Positions 53,244 to 64,000 of a stretch of DNA of 64,000 bases are shown here, in pieces. This DNA is from Octopus sinensis (taxonomy: Eukaryota), in assembly GCF_006345805.1 (NCBI RefSeq), contig NC_043005.1, positions 20,894,001 through 20,958,000 on the forward strand, in the 5' to 3' direction. Position 1 is the first letter of the stretch. Each line of letters opens with the position of its first letter. The position numbers and the translations under genes are program-made. The notes under the pieces were generated by a model. The model saw nothing but the letters and a program-made list of their open reading frames with translations, ran no database searches and was not told the origin of the DNA.

Positions 53244-55936
53244 GTAATGTAAAGAGGCTCTCACTTGTTGTTTCCAATTACATTATTTTTTTTGTTTTTT
53301 TGTGTGTTAAGTGTTTTTGTCAGAGGAAGAAATGCTGTGTCCATGCCAATTTCCATTGTGAATTTCACTGTTGGGAAAGAAAGAAGTTATTGTCAGAGCA
53401 GAAACCTCGTCAAATGCAAGAGTGTCGGCTTTGTGAGTGTTACACAAAGAGCAAATCATTCATGTGTGCCAAACAAGCACAGGAAGAATTGAATCTTGTC
53501 CCTACCTGAAATTTCCATGGAGTTTTCATCAACTAAATTTCATGTGCAAGGCTTAGATGTGAAGCAAATTCTTAAGCACACAAATAGAACCCTGTGCAAT
53601 ATTCCATTGTTTTTAAGCAAAACTATTATGACCACAGCTATAACTCAGCTCATGTAATTTTTTCTCTAATTTCTCACTTGACTTTTCTCATCCATACTTT
53701 GTGTTATCATCTATTATTCTGTACAATACAATGCACTGAGTTTTTTTACTAGAATTCAGCAATCCTCTGAAACAGACTTCCGATGCTCAAGTGATATTCC
53801 ATCCAGTCCATAATCCTAAATTATAATAACACAAATAATAATAATGATTCTTTCTAATTTGGGAAAAGAAAGCCAATAATTTTCTATATGTTGTAGATTG
53901 ATTCCATTTTGTTGTTTTCGTATAGATTATTGGTTTGAGGATGTATCCATCGGTTACAATATAATTAAGTTGACTAAATATGTTTGGGTGTGTGATATGT
54001 ATATGTCTTCCAATTAAACGAATTCCTTTTTGCATCTTGCTGTTGGTAGAATGAAAAGAAAAGTCAAATTCATTTTTGTGGAGAAATGTAAAAAAGATCA
54101 GTTACAAAGACAGTTTCAACGAATTCTCTTTTTATTTCAAGGATATATGCTATTACATGTAAATACATCAGGAGTAATCTCTCTTCGTCAGTGAAAGTAA
54201 CTTGAAGAGTATCATATTGTAGAATGTTATTTCTAGGTTTTCGTCTAAAATTTTGTCCATAAAGAAGTGAAAGGAATCACATTGCTTATCAAGTCCATTG
54301 AAACTACACTTGAGAAAGAGTTTAGCTTTATGACTTATGGTCATTATTGAGAAGGATAACGTCTTATGTCATTAGTAGAAGAATGTCAAAATTCAACAAG
54401 AAGTGTATGTGAGTTTCAGTGACATAGCTTCCCAAAGGCAAACTATCCACTTATTAAAATCAGAAAAAATATCATGGTTTTTATAACTTCCCATGGAAAT
54501 TTCTAGAAGCGTTCTGAAATATGATTTAAAATAATTTAGGCTAGAACTGAGAATGATTTTGGCTGAAATCTATAGCGGCTGTCGTTGGCTGTTCAAGTGC
54601 TTGTTATTAAATGGAAAAACAGTATGAATCATCATAAGACACTTTTGTGTATAAATATATTGTTTATTCTGTGTTCACCTTTTGTGGTGGAAGCCTGTAG
54701 TATGATACAAAAACATGTCTGTTTACATAGAAAGAAAGTTTTGATTTTTGCTTTTGCACTGAAAGAAGTAACATATAACATTTGTATTACATTATGTTTG
54801 CATGTGTAGAATGAGAACAGTCATTTTGAGAATGTGTTTCTGATAAAGTATCTTCGTTTACGAACCGCATATCTTGTGTCGAGGTGAATACACATGTGAT
54901 TTGCCCGTGGAATATTGCGTGCAGAGCAACAGAGAAAACATTAGTCTTTGACCAAAACCTGGCAGCAATTAGAACGTCTACTGTGTAGCTCAGAACGAGG
55001 CTACTGTATCAAAGCGAGGCTAGATGCCTCATCGATATAGTCGTCTGCTGTGTAGGTCAATTTACATACTATGTAATATGTAGCTCTGCTACAAATATTT
55101 TCAGCCAGTGAGAGAACTTGTTTCAGATTTTGTTTAGTTTTCATTACCTATAATCATACAAACAAAAAGCTTTTACTACAAATAGATGACATTTAGTGAA
55201 TATCATCAACTCCGGTTCTTCACTAATATTTTACGCTTTTGACCTTTGCAGAAATGAAAGGCAAAATTGACACTGGCTGGATTTGAACTGAATACATGAA
55301 GTGCTTGAATACATATCATAAAGTATTTCTTTCAATTCTGACACCAACTTGTGTTTTTTCCACTGAAAATGATGAAAGTGAAATTGTATTTGGTTTCCAG
55401 GGCAAAATGTTGCATAATCAGTAAATTCATGTCTTGCAGTGACTAGCCATATATAGTTACTTCTTTTATATTCTGGATTCAAAGACCATCTGGATATATA
55501 TTCACCTTTCATCATTCAAAGGTTGATAGCACTAGTTCTAACCAAGTACTGAGTTTCATGTATTCATTTATTCATATTCATTCTGAATGCAAAATCTGCT
55601 GCCTTGCATTTGTATTAGAAATCATCATAAATACTGTTTTTATCCACAATAATTGTAATTATTTCTGTTGTTAAAGGTGATGCATTTGCAGAATCATTAG
55701 AACATCAGATAAAATGTGTGGTGTTATTTGTTTTGGCACTTCAGCTTCTAATTCCAAATTCTACTGATTATAATTTTGCCGTTGCAGGGCCAAAAAATTA
55801 AAATCGCAGTCAAGAGTAGAGGCCATATTTTATTGATTACCTCCTACCTAAAATTTTTATCTTTTCTATGGTAGAAATTATTATTGTTGTTATTCTTTGT
55901 GTCTTTACATTCATCTAAATCTTACTCCAATTCCAG

Positions 55937-56173
55937 TCGCTGAGTTGCATTTTGCAAAAGTCGCAGATGCAATTCTGGATGTATCTGGGAAAACATTGGT
56001 GAAGAAAAATATAACAGCTGATGCTTGTGGAGAAAGATGTTTGTCTGAGCCAAATTGTATAGCATTTGAAATAACTAAAAGAGGTGGAAACTGTTACTTA
56101 GTATCTGAAACTGCAGCTCCCACCAAGAAAATGAAATCAGACAAAAGCAGAGATTATTACCAACGAATAAAAC
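55937..56173 (+). CDS. Exon C3: PAN/Apple domain (AELHFAKVADAILDVSGK...ACGERCLSEPNCIAFEITKRGGNCYLVSE...DYYQRIK)
   Basis: ttccag| acceptor; C|gtaatt donor; 237 nt. Confidence 0.9.
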
Positions 56174-57699
56174 GTAATTATTCTTTGAATTTTATTATTG
56201 GACTTTCTTTTCCTGTTTTCCTGAAATTTGTGAATCCATTTGTACTTTATAGTAAATAGACAACTATTTATGTAAACACATTGTCAGGTTTACCTATGAG
56301 GGCAGGCATAGACATGTTCCTGAAAAGAAAAAAAGCAATATTATGAAATGTAAATACCCTGAGGACATAGTCATAAAAACTTTGTCTACCCTGAATAATT
56401 TTATGCATGTTCACAATTGTTTCTTTTTTATACCAGAAAGAAAGGAAACTTTTGTTGTTTGCCTTATACCTGAATAATAGCATCAGAAGTAGTAGTAGTT
56501 GTATTATTATTAATATCGTTATTATTATTATTAAACACAGAGAGGACAAATAAGGACAGACAAACAGATTAAGTCGATTATATCGACCTTAGTGCGTAAC
56601 TGGTACTTATTTAATCGACCCCAAAAGGATGAAAGGCAAAGGTGACCTCGGCGGAATTTGAACTCAGAACGTAGCGGCAGACGAAATACTCCTAAGCATC
56701 TCGCCCGGCGTGCTAACGTTTCTGCCAGCTCGTCACCTATTAATATGCTGGCATTTATATGCCAGCATATAAATATATACCTTTGTCGTTCGACAAGGGG
56801 ACTCAGTTGTTCGATCAACCATATGACCTGCTCCTGAACTAACGGGTAAATGGCTGTGCATTCCATTGGACACGTGTTTCCCTAACATAATTCTCAGGCC
56901 AATTCAGTACATCACTGTCAACGCTGTAACTTTTTGAGTAACCGGTACAATCTATAACGGTCTTTTATATAGCTTTCATGTATTAAAATTAAAAGGAATT
57001 CTTTCGTTAGTATTTGCAAAAGTGTCACCAGAAAACAAAAAAAATTGCTCAAGATGCTACACGGTAGGATCATACCCGAGACTGCGTGGGTGCGAAGTAA
57101 CTGTAAGATTGCCAAGCATACTCCTGTCGTTACCATGTTGTTGCTTCCGTTTTGTACGGAATATTTTTGTTTACATATGAATATATTCGCATAACTACAG
57201 AAGTGTTCACCCCACCTTTTGTGTTCAATGTAAAGTTTAAGACTCGTTAACAAAAACATAAAACAAAAAGAGCCTCCTAGGTGTAAAAAATGTGTAGAAA
57301 ACGAATATGAAAAAAAAAAAAAAGGTTAATGTTTACATCTTGACCCAGAAATGAAAATCCAAAAAATATACCGCCAATCTACAGATGTTTTACAGGAGAA
57401 TCCGAGATTTTCCTCGATTAATCTGTGCGACCAAGCTGTGCCGAGGAAGTGATTTACGAAAAGCAACATTGGCATTCTTTCGATATAACTCGACAAAATC
57501 AAAAAATTTCACTTCGGTATTTCCGTGGAAGCAAATGACAGTTCGATTCTGTTTTCTGCTCGGAACAAATATGCAAGGCTTTTTTTCTTCAAGTGTAAAA
57601 TGAGACATTGCTGGCATAATTTCGTCATATCTATATTCCACAACCTTCAGAAATACCCGAAGTGAAATGTTTTGATTTTGTCGAAGGAATGCCGCAATA

Positions 57700-58620
57700 T
57701 TTTCCAAGGCGGGACATGGGTGTTTTCCAGAAAGGAGTTCTTCAATAAAGATTCAGAATATCCACACTCCCTTCTGGATTGGCGACGTCGTTGTACCATC
57801 CTACTGCAACGCCACATGTTCGTTTCCTCTCACATGTTATTTGCCCTAGTTGGTCTGAGCACAACTTGCTCCATGAATAGGGCATCAGTGAGTTTGAGCG
57901 GAGACTACTGCTGTGCTTGCTTGCAAGGAGTCATTCCTGAAAGCATGAGGCCTTTGGGCCATTTGACATTGAGGAAGTTGAAATCACCCATAAGAAATAT
58001 GCTCATGTGGTGTTCCAGTTTCATGAAGATTTCTTTAATTCTTGTGAAGCAATCTTCATAGTTGCCTATGTGGTTCAGAGTATCTGGTGGGTGATATGTA
58101 TTGCATATGACTATATTGTGTTGTCGTATGTATACAGTTAGAATGTCACATACTGAATTTGTGTATAACAATATGACCTGGAGTGTGAGGTTTTCACGGA
58201 TGTATACAGCAACTCCACCATCTCTCCTTTCCCTTTTATCTGTTTGCAGTATGGTATATTTTGGTACCTGTACTTCTACATCCTCTATATTATGGCTGAG
58301 ATGAGTTTCTACAAGTGCTATGCATAGGGGTTGATTGCATGCAGAAAGGTCTCTCTCTTTTGTTGTTATGATGCAACAGGCCCTGAAAATTTAGTTAAAT
58401 TTTCGTGTGACAACTGTGCAGGCATTAGGGGATGCCATCGTGTGTTTGTTGGCTGTGGAGGGCAAAGTTTCCTTGTTTGCGCATGATGTAACCAGGTGAG
58501 CTGTTGCACAGTCTTTTGTGCCTCTCATAAAAAAGTATCTTGCTCAGCTGGTGCCTTGCGCATAATATCTGAAGAGCGGGCTGCATTTGTGTATCTTTTC
58601 TTTGGAGACGATTGGTACCT
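57700..58620 (-). mobile_element. LINE ORF1 end + AP-endonuclease fragment
   Basis: NPLCIALVETHL, NTYHPPD, IFLMGDFNFLNVKW on the minus strand. Confidence 0.8.
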
Positions 58621-58622
58621 TT

Positions 58623-58676
<54 letters not shown>

Positions 58677-58689
58677 AACTTAGATATGT

Positions 58690-59960
58690 TTCAACCAAAG
58701 ATTGGTCCAAGCCATGTCTAACTTAATAGCACCACCTGATAGGATTATTCGAATCCTGTTTAAGTCAAGTTTTGTTTATGGTCCATTCAAGTAGTGAGTT
58801 CTTGTTGGGTGAGTTGTATCCAATTATGGGTGGCTTATCCGGTATTCTTTGAAGGAATCTATCCAGACTCCATTTAAAGTTGATGGGATCCTTTTACTCT
58901 TTGATCTCTTTCGGGACAATATTAAATAGGGCAGGGCCTGTTGAGGAAAAGAAATTATGTTGCAGTGTACATGTATGCTGTGATCTTGAATTGGGTAGGG
59001 GACATATGGCCCGAGGTCCCAGTCTTGGATGAACCTTGAAGCTAATGTTCAGGTCGTTTGGGAAAAGTTGGCGGTATATTCTCCACATCGTACAAATGAT
59101 GTACCATTCACGGCGACGCTGGAGAGAGTAAAGTTTCAAGGCTTTAAGGCGATCCCAATAATCGAGAGCAGCCATGCCTTCAATTCGTTTAGTGAGTGCC
59201 CTCTGGGGTGACTCAATCCTCGAGATGTTTTGTCTTGTATGGGGAGACCACAGTGGGCAGCAGTATTCGAGGTGTGGCCGTACAAAGGAGGAGAAAAGTG
59301 GTATGATGACACCTTGTTCTCTGGACCGGAAAGTTCTCAAGATCCAGGAACTCATCCTATGAGCTATATCGACTTTCTTGTTGATGTGTGCACTCCAACT
59401 GAGATCGTCATCAACAATTACACCCAGGTCTCTGATATTGTTAGAGGCTGTGAGCGGTTCCCCTGAAGGAAGAGAGTATGGCTGTTTTAGTGAGGAATTT
59501 CTTCCAAAATGCATCAGCTCAAATTTTCCCTCATTCAGTTGCATTTTGTTTCCGTCTGCCCATTGACTCACAGCATATAGATCAGACTGGAGTTGAGTTC
59601 GGTCTGCTTCTTCATTGACGATTTGCTGGAGCTTAGTGTCATCAGCAAATATTTTCACATTGCAGTAATGTACGACACTGGAAAGGTTGTTTATGTAAAT
59701 TATGAAGAGTAGTGGACCCAAGACAGTCCCCTGGGGGACACCGCTGGTGACTTTTGCTGGGCTTGAGTGGACTCCATCAACTACAACATGTTGTGCTCTA
59801 TTCACCAGGAAATACTTAATCCAGTGTAGAACTTTTCCACGGATTCCAACATTTGCCAATTTTGAGAGTAGGATATTATGGTGTACCCTGTCGAACGCAT
59901 TACTGAAATATATAACTGCTCTTTCTAGTGAGTCAGATATCCTATTCTTCGGGTATCTCT
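58690..59960 (-). mobile_element. CR1-like LINE RT fragment
   Basis: ORF 58894-59859 GVPQGTVLGPLLFIIYIN, FADDTK, RPHLEYCCPLWSP. Confidence 0.9.
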
Positions 59961-59973
59961 TTTATGTTTGAAC

Positions 59974-60004
<31 letters not shown>

Positions 60005-60596
60005 TAATTTTAGAGACCGAACCACCTTCACCTCAATCAACACTGAAAGTTTTTATACCTGACCACTCCATGAAATGTTAAAAATTAAATCTGATACTAA
60101 CTATATCTATTCTGAATCCTGTATTTTCCATTTATGAGACTACACGTGTTTCATGAAAGTACGTTGGTATTGATTAGAGACGAGGTATCTAGTTTCAATA
60201 CTTACTTGGGTCAACATACTACCAATCTTCCTCGACATTTTTCTCTCCCCCTATCTTTTATATACTTCCCTGATAATCTATATCTTCAATATCTTTTATA
60301 TACTTCCCTGATAATCTATATCTTCAATATAATCTTACTTAATATGTACAAATGAATAGAAATACAAATAATAAATAAAAATAATAACTGAATATTAAAA
60401 ATTTAAGGAATAAAAAATAAAATAAAAATTTAAGGAATAAAAACTCAAGGAATAAACATTCAAAGAAGAACTCCCATTCATTCTCTACATCTAGTAATGT
60501 TTCATAGTGATGCTTTCTAGCCTCTTCCTTTGCAGAGTTACTAACTGCAAGTGACCCATCATCCATATGAACACACTTCTCTCCCATAACATCACA

Positions 60597-61518
60597 ATTT
60601 TTGAATCTTTACCCTTTGAACAGCAGATCAAGAAATTAATTTTTCGTAACTAAACACTTTCAAACTTCGGACACTGGTAGAATGTGTCATATAAAACATG
60701 TTTTACTCTTAGTGTTGTTGAGAAAAGTTTGTATTTTCAAAGTTATTTCTTGTTAAAGTTGTTGTATTCCAGTAATTTCAACCCATCAATGACGTGTATT
60801 CTGCTGAATAAAATTACTGCTGTTTGACATATTTCATCTCAGTTACATTTGTATGAATAAATGAATGCATCTGAAGCATGTTTAATTCATAGCACCACCA
60901 CAATCGTTCATGCATTTCTACAGCTTTTAGATTTTTTCCCCTGTTTTTCAGCTACTATTTTCCCCTGTACCTCCCACTCCAATTTCTTCATTTTTCACTT
61001 TTTTCCGTAATTCTAACCCTAAAATCCCAACCTTAACCCTGACTCTAAAACCCCAACCCTAGCCCTAAAACCCTAATCCTAACCCTAAAACTCTAACCCT
61101 AACACTCTAACCCTAACTCTAAAACCCTAACCCTAACCCTAAAACCCTAACTCTAAAACTCTAACCCTAACACCCTAACCCTAAAACCCTAACCCTAAAA
61201 CCCCAAAGCTAAAACCAGTACAAATGCATGAATGATGTCATAAATAACAGTGACAAACCAAATATACACTGTCGATAGTTGTTGACAAACAACGGCAGTA
61301 ATTTTATTCAGCTGAATACACATCATTGAATGGTTGAAATTACCGAAATATGACTACTTCAACACCAAATAACTTTGAAAATATAAACTTTTCTCAACAA
61401 TACTAAGAGTAAAAGATGTTTTATATGACACATTCTACCAGTGTCTGAAGTTTGAAAGTGTTTAGTTACAAAAAATTAACTTCTCAATCTTCTGTTCCAA
61501 GGGAAAAGATTCCAATTT
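60597..61518. mobile_element. Fold-back element: ~330-bp imperfect inverted arms around a degenerate (CCCTAA)n / CCCTAAAA array
   Basis: ~60600-60930 is the inverse of ~61205-61515; telomere-like repeats ~61012-61215. Confidence 0.8.
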
Positions 61519-62637
61519 ATTCCTAGGACACTGTCTTGCAAACCAAAATACTTCAAGCCTCTGTTCCTCATTTAGTTAGACATTGGCTAAGTTCTCCCTT
61601 TCTGCTTCACTCTTAGTTAAGTATGCCTGCTTCCTAGCTTCCCATCTAGCTGCCTCATGTAACTCATTTCCAGGCCTTCCAAGCCTGTTTCTTCGCTCTA
61701 ATGGCTTTGTAAACCACCTTCCTTATTTCAGCACCACATTGCACCAAGGCCTGGCTGTGACTTTGCACCAACCACAAATTTGGTCTGCAGCACTCAGCAA
61801 GTTGTCCTGTAGAAACTTTCACTTATCATCTATGTTACAAGTTTTAAACTCCTCCTCCTCCTCTTCTCATCAAATGCTTCATGTAGGGTATCTCTAACTT
61901 ATCAAAGAATCCTTAAGCTATCAAGGACCCTTAAGCTTCCAGGATCTTTATACTCTTTTCAGTAACACCACATTGCATCTTACTATACCATCTCCAATTT
62001 TTACTTTAAATCTTAATGGTAAATAAGGAAACACTACTACTACGACTACTTTATGTACTGAAAGTATTAGATGAATACATTGAAGTACAATGTATCTGAA
62101 ATTTTACATAAAATATTAAAAAGCTTTCCGGGCCAATATTTTTCCTGTGGGCAATTTATTATAAAAACAAACCTATCCCAAAACCAGTTTTTAGCATAAG
62201 ACATCCTTCTCAAAATCCACTTCTATTCTTTTATAACATGAGCCATACTTTGAACTTCACCTTTATGATTCAGTTGCAATACTACATTTGTACATCCCTC
62301 TTCTGACAGTGAGCTTTTGTTTATGATTTAATGGCCATAACAACACTTATTCATCGACGCTCTACCGAATATCACTTTGACCCTATGAAAATACATCATT
62401 AGAAGTGAAGTTATATAAATGTGTTATGTGAAACTTAACTTTTGAAATACATTTACAAATGATCTCAAGATGTGCTACAGTTCACATGAATCCTTTTCAA
62501 GTTGTCATTTTGTGGACCAATTATTTGTTTATAATAAATTGTATATTTAAAACAAATTTTTCACCAGATGTTTTATAATATTAAATGTGTGGGTTTAAGA
62601 ATGTATTTCTTGTCTTTTTTCTTTTATATTTCTCCAG

Positions 62638-62871
62638 CAAAAGATGAAGTTATTACATTTAGAAGAACTATGATACCAGGAGAGGATACTTTTGAACGAG
62701 TGAATAATGTGAGCTTAAAGGAGTGTGCTCAAGCTTGTCATCATAATCCAAAATGTAATTCTTATGAGTACCATGATAAACATAAGTTCTGTGATCAAAG
62801 TAATGTGACTCACTTGACTAATAACCTTCAACCCAGCAAATGGGGTTGGGATGTTTACATCATTAACCCAG
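62638..62871 (+). CDS. Exon A4: PAN/Apple domain (KDEVITFRRTMIP...CAQACHHNPKCNSYEY...FCDQSNVT...WDVYIINP)
   Basis: tttctccag| acceptor; G|gtcagt donor; 234 nt. Confidence 0.9.
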
Positions 62872-63009
62872 GTCAGTGGTGTTTGCATTTCATTTTTTTT
62901 GTGTGTTTGCATGTATTGTCATATGTGTATGTATATATGAATCTGTCTGTCTGAATGTCAGTCTTTCTGTCTATCTATCTATCTCTGTCTGTCTCTACCT
63001 CTGGATCCA

Positions 63010-63560
63010 CTGACTGTACCTTCACGGATTTCTCTGGATATTTTTGTTGGAGTAAATCACTCCAATTTACTACAACTTTTGAACTTTTTGAGTTTATATA
63101 CAGTGATCCCAAACAATGAAGGACTTCTTGTACTGAAACCCTTTCTGGACCTTTGATTTAGTCCCCAAGCTGACACCTCCACTCTTCCTCGTCTGGCTGA
63201 ACTTGTTCTCTCCCTCAACTACTTCTTGTTTGCGGGCGATTTTTACCAGTAAATTCAGGACTGGCCATGGGAATGAGAATGGGCCCACACTATGCGAACC
63301 TGTTCGTTGGCTATGTTGAGGCCTAAATATTCTCACAATTCACTGGTCCCACTTCCAAACTCTACAGTCATTATAACAATGACTGTATCTGTGTGACCTC
63401 ACTCTCCCACAAACAATTAAATTCCTACCACTTTTTTGTCGAATCCTTCCATCCTGCCCTCGAATTCTCCTGCACTATCTCTAACTCTTCTGTCGAATTT
63501 TTTGACATTTTTGTCACCTCCATCCACTACAAATACACTGACTCACACTCCAGCCTTAAC
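63010..63560 (+). mobile_element. Decayed Penelope-like RT fragment
   Basis: LYTVIPNNEGLLVLKPFLD; LAELVLSLNYF; GLAMGMRMGPHYANLFVGYVE. Confidence 0.75.
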
Positions 63561-64000
63561 TTCTCTAACACCACCATCCTCCCAGGCACCCATCATCATT
63601 CCTATCATATCACTGACTCCTTTACTCGCGTCTCTAGTAATGACGTTTACTGTATAACAGTATGGATGTTGGTGGTTATGTCAGGTTATCAATCATTTAG
63701 TTGCAAGGTGTTGACAGAACACTAGAAGTAATATTATCTTGTAACAGCGTTCGGCATGTATGTTGAAGATACTGACATTTCATTAGCATCACCATTATAA
63801 GACAGTTTAAACAGGATAAGAAAATGTGTTTTTAATAGCAACGGGAAGATATCTGTGAAAGTGAAATTAGGCAGTCATGTTTGTGTTAAGAATGTTATTT
63901 AATTTCTTCATACTAGGTTGTCTGTATTCTCTCATTGACAAAATCTTGAGTATAACTTTATAAGGTGTACGCATATAAATCTTTAGTTAATTCATTTTCC

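Noticed and set aside
54150-54200. Further hammerhead candidates (minus-strand CTGACGA at ~54185; CTGATAA at ~54840; CTGATGA at ~8458)
   Set aside because: No correctly placed GAAA plus NUH and no pairable stems I/III.
61012-61215. True telomere or chromosome-fusion site
   Set aside because: Short, degenerate, single orientation, and enclosed by the arms of a fold-back element.

Overview
AT-rich, repeat-dense animal genomic DNA, most likely an octopus or other coleoid cephalopod (judged from recalled SINE families, not from a database search). The window lies inside one large + strand gene. I find 11 coding exons, all phase 1-1 with canonical AG/GT sites, joining into 2328 nt (776 aa) of open frame. 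Each exon encodes one domain, in the order PAN(A1)-Sushi(B1)-PAN(C1)-PAN(A2)-Sushi(B2)-Sushi(B3)-PAN(C2)-PAN(A3)-Sushi(B4)-PAN(C3)-PAN(A4). This is a tandemly duplicated [Sushi-PAN-PAN] unit, and neither gene end is in the window. One exon (B3, 41701-41871) is absent from the ORF track. The introns hold decayed LINEs (CR1-like, RTE, R4/Dong-like, L1/Tx1-like), Penelope-like elements, mariner relics, SINEs and microsatellites. Notable intronic structures: a 519-bp near-perfect palindrome with a canonical minimal hammerhead ribozyme on each strand; a Penelope element whose inverted terminal repeats carry U3-A8 variant hammerheads; an ORF1-only L1-like element; a ~52-bp minisatellite dense in TTCN3GAA (STAT-like) motifs; and a fold-back element around a (CCCTAA)n core. 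Exon and ribozyme coordinates were counted by hand; transposon boundaries are approximate.
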